Shown: piece by piece, positions 1 through 13,039 of the stretch | Numbering within the stretch: position 1 is the first letter of the stretch | How the letters are laid out: every line of letters starts with the position of its first letter | Assembly (NCBI RefSeq): GCF_030684315.1 | Contig: NC_081358.1 | Location: 23,867,171-23,931,170, forward strand | Source of the DNA: Stegostoma tigrinum | Lineage: Eukaryota | Length of the DNA stretch: 64,000 nucleotides | Reading direction: 5' to 3' | The notes under the pieces: generated by a model | What the model was told of the DNA's origin: nothing | What the model saw: the letters and a program-made list of their open reading frames with translations, nothing else | Databases searched by the model: none | Position numbers and translations under genes: made by a program

Positions 1-336
1 TACCATGTGTATATCTCAATTTTTATTTTGATATCTATACAATTACTTAAGTTGCTGAGATTATTCTTCCATTTTATTGGCTGATTGGCCTCCCTTCTAC
101 ATATTTGTCATTGGATGCCACGGATCCCCTACAGGTGGTGCCAAATCAGAACAAACATTGAAAACGAGAAAATCTATGCTCTCGAGCCCACTAAACCTTT
201 ATGGGTAGGTTTTTGTGGTCAGTGGTGACCACCATTCCTTAACTCACTTTGTTTCCATTGCCTCTAACCGATTTGCTAGGTGTACAAGTGCTTGCTGCTT
301 CATTCAATTTTCTTTGAATAATAGAAGTAAACATAC

Positions 337-472
337 CTCGGCCTTACTTGGACGACTGTCGCTTAACACTTCCTTCAGTTCCACAGGAGGCCTTTGAATT
401 ATCTGATCGCCTGCTATGAAATGGGACTTCAAGCTTTCCGAGTGGGACTTTGATGTCTCTTCTGATTTCTTT
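337..472 (-). CDS. Probable internal exon of the minus-strand coiled-coil gene
   Basis: Minus strand reads cccaacAG|AAAGAAATC...AAGGCCGAG|GTATGT. 136 nt, open in the phase-2 frame (KKSEETSKSHSESLKSHFIAGDQIIQRPPVELKEVLSDSRPSKAE). Linkage to the upstream exons is inferred. Confidence 0.5.
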
Positions 473-539
473 CTGTTGGGTATAGTTCATTGCCAAAATA
501 AGATTTTGGTTTTCACTAACAGTTCACGAAAAATTCATA

Positions 540-2750
540 GATTTAAATTACTTTGTCACCACTGCATCTTCCTGCCTACATAGTTGTACCACATTATTAG
601 TCATTTCAGGGGCTATGGGCATAATTTTACGCAGAAATTTCTTAATAAAGACAAAGCCAATTATGAAATAATTTAATGGTGTAAGCTTCAATGGTAAATT
701 CAACATAGGTTTTCTGTCACATCACATTGCTATTAACAAAATTAAGCTGTGTATATTTATATATGTTTATAAAATAGGAAGCGTAAAGGTCTTCAGAATA
801 TCTCTATTTTGGCAATTTTAATCAATCCAAGGTCAGCTATATGTTGAGGAAACACTTGATAAGCCAAATTGCCCATATATACTGCCATTTTTTAAAGAAA
901 GGGATGAATGTTAAAAACAAGATTTTAGAAATTAGATTAAAAATAAACTTTTTTATGAAGTCACAAACTGAAATAATCACCCATTGGATTCCAACCAACA
1001 ATTTACCGAATTACTTTACATTATAATTATTTTAATTAACAATTTTAATCCCACAAATATAAAACACACGTAAGTTGTTAATGAATACAAAATATTCTTT
1101 CAGAAATATTTATTTTCAGAATGGAGTTACTTTCATTCACTTTATTTGACTTGACTTTAGGTAGATTTACAATTTTTACTACAGGTAAAAGTCGAAACCA
1201 GCAACCTCAGGATCACATAAGTGTCAGATCAGTTTCAGGTCAGTTTAGATCAGATCAGGTTAACTGTGTAACTCGGACCAATTGTAATACAGGAAGCGAT
1301 AGTCAAGTGAGTAGATAACTTATTGACATACCACTGCACCTGCTGTTAACGCAGCACCTAGCCCGATGAGCCAGTAAGTTATTTTACTCATCAAATAATA
1401 ATTAAAATTCATGTGTAGCAAAAGGTTTTGAATATAACAGTTTACAAATAACTGGATTTGAAACACTGTAGCTGCATGTAATTTCTACCATATTTCTCTA
1501 TATACTGTATCATTCTGTAAATCCTCGATACTAAAAACTTTATTAACATTATCTTCTCAACACTGGCTAATCTCTGAATATTTCAATATCAGTGTGAAAG
1601 ACAACATCTATAGCATCACTCTCTACATTTTCAATGGCACAATATACACTTACAATGTTCATTATAAAGTTAAATATTTCTTGATAGGCCATCTTAGAAC
1701 TTCATTTCTCTTGACCAAAAAAGAGATTCCTTGCTGATTATACTCAGTTATTACATGTCCTGATGTTTTTCAAGAAGTGTTTTGATTTTGTTATTGTTCC
1801 TATGAAAATACCATTTAGTAGGTTAAGTGAATCATTGTCAAGATTGTCATCACAATCTTAAACTACTCCTTGTCCAATACATTGAAGGTGGCTGATTATA
1901 AATCTCAATGCAATTGTCATATTCTGGGACTGAGATTTAATCATGTTAAGGGCATAAATCAAACTTTTTTGAAAGAATTCATCTCTTTCCTGTAACTTTG
2001 GTTCTTCCATACTATCACTTTGTCCAATTCTCATTCTTGTCTCATCTTTTCCTTCTCTTATTGCTGCCCAACACTTTCCACCATCTTCTCTGGCTCTGCA
2101 AGCTGCCTGCAACTTTCCTTTATGAAGTTTCTTGGAATATAAGTTACATTTTTTTACATACATAAAATGCAGTAAAAATTAAATACAAAAGAAATCTCTG
2201 CATTCATGACAAAAACTTGTTGCATTCATTCTTGGAATATTTTGACAGAGTTGGTTATATCAGTGAACTTACAGTGTTAACAGGGTAGGTAGGGCTAAGG
2301 ATCCTCTGTTACAAGACCAAAGCCACCCCAGCAGAAGTGGTTACACATCAATTCCCCTTTGATTTACCATTCATCCGAGGTGTGAGTCCACCAAGTTTGG
2401 CTAAAATTGGTCCGAAGACCTCAGAGGGGTTTGCTGTAGATTGGGCAACTTGCAATCCCCTTCCAATCCCATTAATTAGTTACAACATTAGTTACTCAGC
2501 CCTACCTAATAATAGTTGATGTAAGATAATAAATACAATCATATTAGTCAGTATTACATCCACGAACCTACACATGCACTCCCTACACCACAAGTGTAAG
2601 ATTGGGTTATTTTTCAATACATTTGGCTTGATTAAGCAAGTGGGGAGAATACCTCTTGGTCTAGGTCAAAGGTAAGATGTGCAGTTTTTTGGTTGCCTTA
2701 ATGGTTTAAACAATGTGAATTGTGAAGTGTTTTGAGGTAAAATGCTTTTA
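540..2750 (+). pseudogene. Sacsin-like fossil, SRR1 segment
   Basis: LYHIISHFRGYGHNFTQKFLNKDKAN~[32 protein letters not shown]~HGIQEI; GFQPTIYRITLH~NFPGTFFRFPLR; KLNIS**AILELHFS~KVKVHWQPVLEPLFS. Many stops and frameshifts. Confidence 0.65.
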
Positions 2751-2756
2751 TAGGGT

Positions 2757-3487
2757 CACAAGGTCATAGAGCTGTACAGCATGGAAACAGTCCTTACAGT
2801 CCAACTCATCCATGCCGGCCAGATATCCTAGCCAAATCTAGTCTCATTGTCAGCATTTGGCCCATATCCCTCCAAACCCTTTCTATTCATATATCCATCC
2901 AAATGCCTTTTAAATGTTGCCATTATTCCTGCCTCCCCCACTTCTTCTGGCAGCTCAATCATACATGCACCACCTCCTGGGTGAAAGAGCTGCCCCTTAG
3001 GTCCCTTTTAAATCTTTCCCTTTTCATTTTAAACCTATGCCCTCTAGTTTTTGACTTTACCATCCCAGAGTATATTTATTCTATCCATGTCCCTCATGAT
3101 TTTATAAACTTCTATAAGGTCACCCCTCAGCCTCCGACATTTCAGAGAAAACAGACACAGCCTATTCAGCTTCTCCCTAAAGCCCAACCCTTCCAAACCT
3201 TGCAACATCTTTGTAAATCTTTTCTGAACCCGTTCAGGTTTCGCAACATCCTTCCTATAGGAGGGAGAAAAGAATCGCTCACAGTATGCTGAAAGTGGCC
3301 TAACCTATGTCCTGTACAACTGCAACATGACTTCCCAACTCCTGTATTCAATGCACTGACCAATAAAGGCAAGCATACCAAATGTGTTCTTCACTATTCT
3401 ACCTACCTGCGACTCCACTTTTCAAGGAACTATGAACTTGCACTCTGAGGTCTCTTTGTTCAGCAACACTCCCCAGGACCTTACCAT
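2757..3487 (-). mobile_element. CR1 LINE 3' fragment
   Basis: Minus translation resembles the CR1 RT C-terminus (ORF 3166..3381) followed by the 3' UTR shared with other CR1 copies in the window. Confidence 0.85.
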
Positions 3488-3945
3488 TTATTCATTTGGT
3501 TTTAAGACTTAAAGTACTTAGGGGAATGTTTATCTAACAATATGTGCAATATGTTGGATTTAGGTTCTGTGATAAGTTTTGCAATCTTATAGTTGTTTTG
3601 ACCTTTTTGGATGTACCAATTAGAACATTTGGGAGTATAGCAAATCACAAGGCGTAACATGAATACTGTTAAGTAGGTGGCCTCTTTGATGTCACCTTGT
3701 CTACGTAGAGATCTACGGAGTTGATTAGCTAAGAAGGACAAGTTGTCCCATAGGGGCTGACCATGTAAAGTGTTTGGCATGTCAAAGAATGAACTAGGAG
3801 ACAGAAGGAAAGGATATCAATAAGATGGCCATTGCTTTTATAGAAACCAATCAGGAATTGGACAGATACTATCTTATCAATAAGTCAATGAGAAATCAGG
3901 ATGTCTCTGATCAGGCACAGGGGGTACTGGATAGCAGAGGCTTAT

Positions 3946-4346
3946 ACATTAGAATATAGAATAGTACAGGCCCTTCGGCCCATGATGTTGAGCCGAACTT
4001 TTACCCTAAACCAAAGGTTGATCTAACCTCCACCCCTACCTTATAGTATCATCCATATGCCTATCTAATAGCCGCTTAAATGTGCCTAATACTATCCTCT
4101 CCAACAATGCATTCCATTCCCCTGCCACTCTCTGAGTAAAGAACCTACCTCTGATGTCTCCCCTATATCTACCTCCACTCACTTTATAACTATGCCATCC
4201 TGTAATAGCTACTTTCACCCCAGGAAAAATTCTCTGGCTGTCCACTCTATCTATACCTCTGATCATTTTGTACACCTCTATCAGGTCACCTCTCATCCTT
4301 CGGCTTTCTAAAGAGAAAAGCTCTAGCTCTCTCATACTTTCCTCAT
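3946..4346 (-). mobile_element. CR1 LINE 3' fragment
   Basis: ORF 4036..4404: LELFSLESRRMRGDLIEVYKMIRGIDRV...FFTQRVAGEWNAL, the canonical CR1 ORF2 C-terminus. Confidence 0.9.
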
Positions 4347-6410
4347 GGTTCTTAGTGGGTTTGTGCATAAGAAAGGAAGACTGAACATAGAAGAAAGTTG
4401 TCAATAAAACAGAATAAGAGGGATATGCCCAGGCAGCAGGTACCCCAAAGTTGACTGACTGAAAAACTGCTTTTCAAAACAAGTTTCCTTTGTACTTTTA
4501 CAATAAACTTCGCAAAATTTGTAAAACCCTGTGAAAACACATTTGTACCTGGTATAGATCTTGTAACTAATCGGGAGAAATAGACTTTCAGAATGGCCGT
4601 CTCTCAGACTCAATTTATAACTATAATTGATTTAGGTATTCCAACTCAAGTGAAAGTGCATGCCAAAATCTTTCATCAGCACACAATGGCCACATTGTAT
4701 GTAATCTACAGGGCAGAGTGCAGCACTCACCATGTATCCTTCAACAGTGCTTTCCAAACCCACTTGATAACACTGATCTCATGTAGCGCACACCATGTAA
4801 TGTAACCTGTATGCCTCTGTCTAAGTCCTTTTACAACCTCTGATCTGTACATCCTTGCTTACTGTGATCTGCCTGTACAGCTCATAAACAAAGCTTTTCA
4901 CTGTACTTCAGTACAAAGTGACAACAAATCAATTAATCAATCAACCTTTACCACTGAGAAGGTCTGAGACAGCAGTGATTTAAGAAAACCATCAATTGCA
5001 AATTTGCCTTCAATTGACTTGGAACTACAACACGAATATTTGACAATTTCTGTTTCGAAATCCTGGAACTTTTCTGAGCAACACTATTAGCATACCTGCA
5101 TTACACAATTGCTGTGGTCAGGAAGTCGACTCACCACCACTTTCTCCGGGCAATTAGTGTTGGGTGACCAATCACTATGGAGCCAGTGACACCAAAACCC
5201 GGGAACCAAGATAACAAAAAAAGTCATAAAATAAAAGAGTTATGCAATTATAATTACCAATTACAAAGGCAAAATATATATTTGGTGTTTAAAAGGTAAA
5301 ATACAGATTACTTTCCTGTGATCTACAAGTCCAGACTTCTAAGAGATGTTTTGATAGCTCGGTTCAATATGAAATCCAGATAATACATATTAATGATTAA
5401 ATATCCTAAGTTATATGTGAAAGCATTATAATGAAAAAATAAAGATATAGACCAGTGTGAAAATATTGCGAATTTAAATTATAATTTTAAAGTGGTATCT
5501 ATTTTTAGTGTGTAGCAAAATTTCATTGTCCAAATGTTCCATATTCAGAACAGCTGTGAACCATTTACAATTGCTATTTTGAATACTGTACAAAACTTTA
5601 AAAAAACTCTCAAATACAGAGTAAATTATGTGGCATGACCAATGAATAGCACTGTTGTCATTTTCTGAATCTCTACCTAAATGATTAGCAATCAGTATCG
5701 AAACGAAAAGGGAAATGCATTAGCTTTGCTGTCTATAGAGTCAATGGTAAGTCTCTTTTTGTACTGTCATTTTATCCTATTAGCATGGTCTAACAAAATT
5801 AGGTATGAATATGCAGTAATAACATGCAAATTGGTCCCCCACAATTGCTTCAAGGCAGTGGTCTTTGCCTTGCTATGCTCAATTCCTTCTACATCATTAC
5901 AATAGCTTGGCATAATTCATCAGAAAAATTGCTCAATCTCATTGCAAATGCCTGGCTAGTAAAACCATCAGTTGCTGTTAACCAATGTCTGACAACAGAA
6001 TGTTAGTTCCACCATTTCCAATTCCCTGCCACTCCTACACTTATGTATCTCCCTTGGGTAATGTCAGACGCTACACTTGAGCCTGTCAAAACAATTAACC
6101 CCTCTGTTAATTAGAAAGAAATGTCAGGTTCACAGATGGTACAAGCTGGCATGCAGCCATGCAGCCAACTGTTCGTGAAAGCAGCTACCCTGCTGCTAAC
6201 AACTGTTCCAAACTAGCAGATGTCAAAACTTTCCAGCTGAGGAAATCTAAACAACAGGGAAAGTTCCATGGTTTTAGAACCGTTACAAATACTTCAATAA
6301 TTTCATATCAATTTGCTTTGTGTTATATTAACTGATCTTACGTAAATATGGTGCTTAACAAAGTAGGGTACATAATTGGACTGACGTTCTTTACATCCTG
6401 CAGTTGACAA

Positions 6411-6540
6411 CTGGATAAGCATATGGACGCACATGGAATGGTGTAGGTTAGATGGGCTTGAGATCGGTATGACCGGTCGGCACATCGAGGGCCGAAGGGC
6501 CTGTACCGTGCTGTAATGTTCTATGTTCTATGTTCTATGA
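6411..6540 (+). mobile_element. Short CR1-type 3' end insertion with (TTCTATG)n tail
   Basis: Ends ...gtgctgtaatgttctatgttctatgttctatg; a closely similar copy lies at ~8925-9060. Confidence 0.8.
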
Positions 6541-7174
6541 TTATATATGTCCTTTTGTTGTTTCTTTTAAAAATAAACAAGTTTAAAAATATGTAAGGCA
6601 ACAATGAAATGCCAAACTCTCTGAACTAGTCACATCCAAACAAATTCAATACCAGTTCCAGAATGTGCCAGCTTAAAGACAAAGCAAAATTCAGACTTGG
6701 ACCTCATTGATTGCTGATAATGAGCATTGGCAGCCTTATAGGTATGCTGCTGAGGGTCCCTGGTTAAGCAGATCAGCTGGCCCTTGTGCTAGCTAAGGGG
6801 CAGGAAGAAGGGAATTCCAGTCAGGGTCAAAAGGAAAGCCAACAATGTGGAACAATTTCCTCATGAGCTCAAGAACACCCACCTGCTTCTTCTACTCCAA
6901 CAAAGAAAAAAAAACTAAAGTAAAAACACAAGTTACTGGAGAAACTCACCTTGTTCCAAAGGAGAGTCAGATTCAAAACTTTAACATTGTTTCTCTCTCC
7001 ACGGAGATGTTCCGTCATTTTCTATGTTCCAGATTTCCAGTATCAACAGTATTTCAGTTAGTTACATAAAAACATGGAGAAGTTCTTTGACATATTATTG
7101 AGCAATTTCCAGCAGTCCTTTTAAGGATCATTTGTTAGGTCAAGAAATATTTGGTGCAACTAGTTACACCACGA

Positions 7175-7305
7175 GAATTGGTCACTGGACCCAAAACATT
7201 AACTATTCTTTCTCTCCACAGATGCTGCCAGACCTGCTGAGTTTTTCCAGCAATTTCCGTTTTTGTTTCTAACTTATAGCATCTGCAGTTCTTTGTGTTT
7301 TTTTT
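7175..7305 (+). repeat. Penelope-derived short repeat (…tctctccacagatgctgccagacctgctgag…)
   Basis: Same family recurs at ~6960-7050, 28300-28410, 31200-31300, 56940-57060 (+) and 35820-35915, 63650-63750 (-). Confidence 0.7.
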
Positions 7306-7659
7306 TAGGTACAACGTGCATTGCCCACAAGTTGCACCTACTTTCTTTTCCATTCTAGTTGAGCACATTGAAAGGCTATTGGATTACACAGGTTGACTGA
7401 AGGCAGACAAAATTTCTGTAAATCTGTACTTACTCAGTTGAACAACAATGTTTTGCAACTTGCTCCAATGGAATACTCCTCAAGTTAAGGGAAGAAAACT
7501 ACAATGCACAAAAAGAAAGGAAATATGGTTAGCAGAAATAAAGGTTACTTCCTTTTTGATGGTTTTAAAGATTCTTATTTCCAGATTTGGTTTGTGGAGG
7601 ACTATGGACAACAGTTTTCTTTAACACTGCATAGAATGGCATCATTCAAAATACCACGG

Positions 7660-9265
7660 GACCACAGAATCGTGAGAATCACTACGGCACAGAGGAGGCC
7701 GTTTGGTACATCTTCTATGCACCAGCTCTCCTTAGGAGCAATATACCTCATTCTACCCCTCTTCCTTCTCCCTGTACTCCTGCAGATTCTTTGTCTTCAG
7801 ATTACAATACAATTCTGTCTTGAATGCCTCAATTGAATCTTCCTTGATCAGACTGTCAAGCAGTGAATTCTAGATGCTAGCCTCTTACAATGTAGGTTTA
7901 TCCTCATGTCACCATTGCAATTTTTTAAATCAATTATGTAACATTTATTCCTCTCACTCTCAATCGCTCTACAAATGAGAACACTCTTTCCCTATCTACT
8001 CCATACACACTGCTAATAATTTTGAACACCTTGATCAAATTTCCATTCACTCTCCTCTTCAACAAGGAAAACAAAATTCCACCTTTTCCAATTTATCTGC
8101 ATAACTGAAGTTCCTTATTCCTGGAACTATTCTTGCATCTTTATGGAGCGCAGTGATCTCACAACGAATCAAGGGCTATGGGGGGAGTGCAGGGAAGTGG
8201 AGTTGAAATGTCCATCAGCCATGATTAAATGGCGGAATGGGCTCGATGGGCCGAATGGCCTTACTTCCACTCCTATGTCTTATGATCTAAAACTGTTCTG
8301 CAGTCTCTCTAATACCCTCACATCTTTACTTAAGTGTGGTGCCCAGTACTGGATGCAACATTGCAGCTGAGCCTGAACTAGTGTCTTCCACAAATTTAAG
8401 ATAACTTCCTTCTTTTTGTACTTTATGCCCCTAGTAATAAAGGCCAAGATACAGTAAGGTTTCTCAACATAAACTGCTCACGTGGCCTGTATGCCTTTTA
8501 GTATTATACACTCTTATTTTGTTTTGCCTCTCTGCAGTTGTTCTATCAAAATGAATTGCCCCGCTGCATTAAGTTTAATCTGCCACTTATCCATTGATTC
8601 CTTCAATTTGCCAATGTCCTTTTGAAATTTTGTACTGTAGACCAAGTTATAGATCATTAAATTGGGAAAGCTGCGGGAAGCTACAACATTTCGGGACTTG
8701 GGATACTTGTGCATGAACACAGAATGCTAGCAACACAGGTATAGCAGATAATCAGGAAGGCTAATGGAATGCTGGCCCTTATTTCAAGGGAGTTACGAGT
8801 ATAAAAGTAGGGAAATCTTCTTGCAACCATACATGGTGCTTGTGAGACCACATCTGGAGTACTGTGAGCAGTTTTCATCTTCATAAGGAAAAATATTATT
8901 TCATTTTTCGCCAACTTTAAGTACATTTAAGTCGTCATTGGATAAGCACATGGACGTACATGGAATAGTGTAGGTTCGATGGTCTTGAGATCGGTATGAC
9001 AGGTCAGCACAACATCAAGGGCCGAAGGGCCTGTACTGTGCTGAAATGTTCTATGTTCTATTTAGAATCAGTTCACACAACATTCACTAAGATGATTCCA
9101 AGTATGGAAAGATTGTCTTATCAGCAAAGATTAAACATGCTGGAATTCTACTCACTGGAAATTGGAAGAATAAGGTGATCTTATTGAAACATAAGATTCT
9201 TAAAGGGGGCTTGACAGGCTAAAAGCTCAGCGAGTATTTTCCCTCATGGGAGGAGTCTAGGGCCC
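7660..9265. mobile_element. Cluster of CR1 fragments in both orientations
   Basis: ORFs 8514..8720 (QKDIGKL...DKWQIKLN) and 8996..9178 (MERLSYQQRLNMLEFYSLE). Short 3' ends nested at ~8157-8290 and ~8925-9060. Confidence 0.8.
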
Positions 9266-9269
9266 CTGG

Positions 9270-10410
9270 GAAATATGAAAGACTCTATTTACTCTGCTTT
9301 CAGCAAAGTACAAGGAAGAACACCTAAAATTTAAAGTTGGAAAACGGAACATTAAAATGTAATCGCCTGTGGCCTTGAATTCATGGCGGAGGTGAGCTGT
9401 GCTAATGTAAGCTTATCAAAGCTACTTTTTGAAACATACAATGTATTTTTGGACTTCTGAGGGCAGTTGGGAGACAAATCACATGATCAGTCAAGCTTTA
9501 TGACTATACTTGGACTTGAATTGAGAGATATAGCATTCAGGCACATTTATCTACCTCTGTTTTCTATGTATTGAATGCTGTGATTTCAAGACAGATGTAA
9601 ACCTGTTAACGTTTTTATCCAGGTTAGTTTCAGGTCAATGAATTTAAAATTCAAAAAAACCAGTTCGCTAATTCTTTACAACAAGCACACAAATAATTAG
9701 GTGTATACACTAACTGGCAGTTGTGGAAGGCTGTTATGATGCATTTATAGTTTCCTGACCTCTGAGCTAGAAGATCTGTATTCAAATCCCATGTGCAAAG
9801 TTGCTGAACAGGTTGATTATAAACTGTCTACTCTGGACTAGCAATTCCATCTTAAATTCTTAAACACCCTATCAAACTGTGAGGAAAAGACAAGGAAGTC
9901 ATTCCAACCATCTTTGCCTGATGAAAACACCTCTTAGCCCTATTTGTTATCTTATCAAGAAATGTTAACAACTTAGTTGAATGTGGGATCCTTAACAGAT
10001 CTATGCTGGCTTGCCAAAACTCACCAATATAATTTGGTCTGGAATTACAATTTCTAGAAGGCAGCTCACCATTAAGATTAAACTGACAGAAATGTGGTTG
10101 CTTACCTTAGCTTATAGTTACCTAGAAAAATACTCAATCAGCAATAGATTTTTTTAAATTTCAAATACAATACTAGATATAGTATTCCTTATAGTAGTGC
10201 ATTGAATTTGCTCCATACATACAATATCCTCCCATTTCTACTGCGAAATTTAGGGCCAGCTTGCACTTTTACCCAGAAGGAACTTGGAGAGACTGTTGAA
10301 ATTTAATTTGGACTAGGCCTTACTGCCATCTGACAGGTGCAGAATTGTTGTGGCTTGAATTCTAACCATTGGGAATGAAAATATTGTCTTTCATACTTTG
10401 TCTCATTGCC
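9270..10410 (+). pseudogene. Sacsin-like fossil, end of SRR2 and GHKL/HSP90-like start of SRR3
   Basis: LFTLLSAKYKEEHLKFKVGKR~[22 protein letters not shown]; HIYLP~KILLP; QLTIKIK~KLTSRIK; LGPACTFTQKE...FGLGLTAI~LQGPALC..FTEDD...YGIGFNSV. Confidence 0.7.
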
Positions 10411-11024
10411 AACTCAAGAATTTGTGAAAAAAAAGGAAAAAAAACACAAGCATTTATAAGCTGTTTCCCACTACTGCTGTTCCAAAGTTCACTTAATAAT
10501 TGCGCATTTCTTTCCTTTGCAAAATATACAGATTCAGTTGGAGGTTCTATCATATAATTAAGCTAATAACTCTGCTGTGATTTGCTAGTGCAATTAAAGG
10601 TGGTTTTTCTCTGATTGCAATTAAGAGATACACGTATATTTATATAAATAGTATTTATTATATTTTTAACATTCTTCAAAACATCACAAGGCACTCTACA
10701 GGCACGCTGTACCACAAGAGATGACACCAAGGTATATATGAGGGTGTTAGGTCAGGTGATTGGTTAAAGGCATAGGTTATACAGACTGTCTTAAATGACC
10801 AAAGTGACTAATGAGGTATAAGGATGGTATTCCAAAGTCTTGGGCAACCGATGATGCAATCAGCTATACTGCCGGATTTAAATCAGGGATACTTAAGGGT
10901 CCAAAATTAGAAAATATAGACATCCCAGTGTCAAGGGCTGGAGGAGATTACATAGATATACAGCCCAGGTCACAACAGTATTTGCAAACAAGGGTAAGCA
11001 AGGCAGTGTGATGGTAGTATGCTT

Positions 11025-11247
11025 TTAGTAAAGTAGCTTCATCTCCGCCTCCTTGACCTGTCAGTCTTCTCTCCACCTATCTGCTCTACTATCTATCTTC
11101 TATCACCACCTCCCCCTTCTCTATTTATTTTAGAACCCTCTTCCCCTCTCCCATTTCTGATGAAGTGTCCAAACCTGAAACGGCAACTTTCTTGCTCCTT
11201 TGATGCTGCCTGGCCTGCTGCGTTCATCCAGCTCCACACCCTGTTAA
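11025..11247 (+). mobile_element. Penelope-like pseudo-LTR fragment with hammerhead motif
   Basis: CTGATGA at 11157-11163 and GAAAC at 11177-11181, followed by tgatgctgcctggcctgctg, as in the GIY-YIG element at 29-30 kb. Confidence 0.75.
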
Positions 11248-11249
11248 CT

Positions 11250-11979
11250 ATGTTTTTAAGAGATATGTTTGGGCCTGTTTCTCTTGCAAAGTGTTATTGT
11301 CACAGTAGTGCAGAAATGTCTCCTTCAGAGGGGCAGTTGGTAAACAGTTTTTAAGATCTCCCTGGGTGTTTTCATGAATAGATGTGATCAGGGCTCACAT
11401 AGAGCTAGGAAGGATTTAGTTTTGCTTTAATTTAGTTGAGAAGGTTTCTGTTGGCTGCTGGAGCGAAAAGCTTGAGTCCTCTGCTGCTAGAGTGAAGAGA
11501 CAGCACGTGAGAATAATTCCTGTTTTGCTGAATTGCATTTTTGCCAGAAGGTGTGTTTATGGGATGCCGACTATGTCAGAACATTTGATGCTAAGTCATT
11601 AAATATATTCTTGTGTTAAGTATTTCTATAGAATAAAGTAATGCCAATTTTTCTTCTTGTTGTATTCTAACTGTATTGTAAGAATAAAATGTATTTTGAT
11701 TAAAGCTTACTAAAGGGCCAATCAAATCATTTCTGGAGCACAGCTCCCCTACAATTCCCTTTTCAAAAATATAAAGTCAGGAGTCACACGACAGCAGGTT
11801 ATAGTCCAACAGGTTTACTTGAAATCACAAGTTTTCGGAGCGCTGCTCCTTCAACAGATGAAGTCTTCTGATTTTGTCCACCGCAGTCCAACACCAGCAC
11901 CTCCAAATCAAAAATGTAAAGGTTAGGGTCTACAACATCTCCAAAATATACTTCAGGAGATCTGGCCTGGTCCATAACA
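11250..11979 (+). mobile_element. Probable LTR remnant ending …CCATAACA, with a Penelope-type insert at ~11785-11910
   Basis: AATAAA signals at ~11632 and ~11683 and a terminal CATAACA; 5' end unclear. Confidence 0.45.
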
Positions 11980-12762
11980 TTGGTGAGCCAATGTGGGTGA
12001 ACCACAGAGTGAGGGGGGGGTACCTTGGAAGTATGGAACTTGATGAGTTAAGACATTTAAGACATAAACTTTTAGAAGACATCAAATTTGGTGAAGGGAG
12101 AACACGGGTGATCAGCTAGGGGTGTATCAGAACTGTCAAATCGAGAGGCAATGAAGGCATGAACAAGAGTTTTAACAGTAAATAAGCTAAGACAGGGTGA
12201 AGTTGGCTGATGTTATGCAGGTAGAAAAAGGTAGTCTTGGGTGAAGCCACAAAGGTTGCAAAAAGTCAGCTTAATCTTAGACTGCTGCCTGAGAGTTGAT
12301 ATGGAATCAGTACAGAGCTTGGAAAAGGATCTGAAAACAACGGCTTCAGATTTCCCAAAACTTCATCATAAGAAATTTTGTTTCATCCAGTAGTAGACAT
12401 TGGATAAGTAATCTAATAATTTTGCAACAGTGAAGAAATGAAGTGTGGTAACGACAAGAGCACCAGTGTTTACAGGAAAACTAACACTGTTTTCCAATGG
12501 CATCACCAAGGTGCAGCACTTGACTCAGAAGATGGAACGATTACATTTGTCACAGTCTCCCTCCTTAAGTTCCACCTTACATAAACGAGTTTCTCACAAA
12601 AAGCATTTCAATCATATCCCAATGTGCAGTAAAATTTCTTCACCAAGCTATCCAGAGCTGTGGTTTACAAATTTTCGCACATTTTTATCCTACCCTGCCT
12701 GTAGAATCACACCATCTTCAAAAAAGACTCCTTAAAACCCTATTTGACATTGGCTTCTATCC

Positions 12763-12998
12763 TGAAGTGATTACAACGAGGTCAGCCAGGTAGTCCTCAT
12801 AGAATAGGAGTTGCCTGATTGGGGCTGTTAATTTGGTTCAATCAGGGAGCTCTGGATGACAAATAAGAACAGGAGTGTCAGACATCCTGATCAATTTGAA
12901 GCCTGGCTCTAAGGGAGGTGGATCATTATCAAGGATTCTCCATGCATAAATAAAGGGTGACTTGGTGTTCGGATGTCAGCCTCTGTGGAGATACTTCA
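12763..12998 (+). mobile_element. Solo LTR (236 bp), same family as the element at 15958-18468
   Basis: TG...CA termini; TSD TATCC at 12758-12762 and 12999-13003; homologous to the reverse complement of 15958-16193. Confidence 0.9.
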
Positions 12999-13039
12999 TA
13001 TCCTTGATCTAACTCCTACTCAAAATGTATTCTTCCCAT

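Larger units (their letters stand above)
5225..7655 (+). pseudogene. Sacsin-like fossil, SRR2 segments (interrupted by short repeats)
   Basis: CEPFTIAIL~FKPFIDVF; SIESMVSLFLYCHFILLAW~DIYSLVDEFSLCGHRLIIF; MYLPW...SVN*KEM~CYLPL...TSNRKEI; MPNSLN*SHPNKFNTSSRMCQLKD~IPCSL...LPSRLIHPEGRVAKLFD; SVLTQLNN~LVINQLKE. Confidence 0.65.
10670..12560 (-). mobile_element. Old L2-like LINE relic with nested insertions
   Basis: Reverse-complement L2-type 3' end sequence; highly decayed, family assigned by resemblance only. Confidence 0.45.

Noticed and set aside
1858-2163. Minus-strand 101-aa ORF as a coiled-coil exon (KLQERDEFFQK)
   Set aside because: No good donor, and the plus strand here fits the colinear sacsin SRR1 better. 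Not fully excluded.
5310-5405. Apparent minus-strand AG...GT exon
   Set aside because: Stops in all frames; falls within the plus-strand sacsin SRR2 start.
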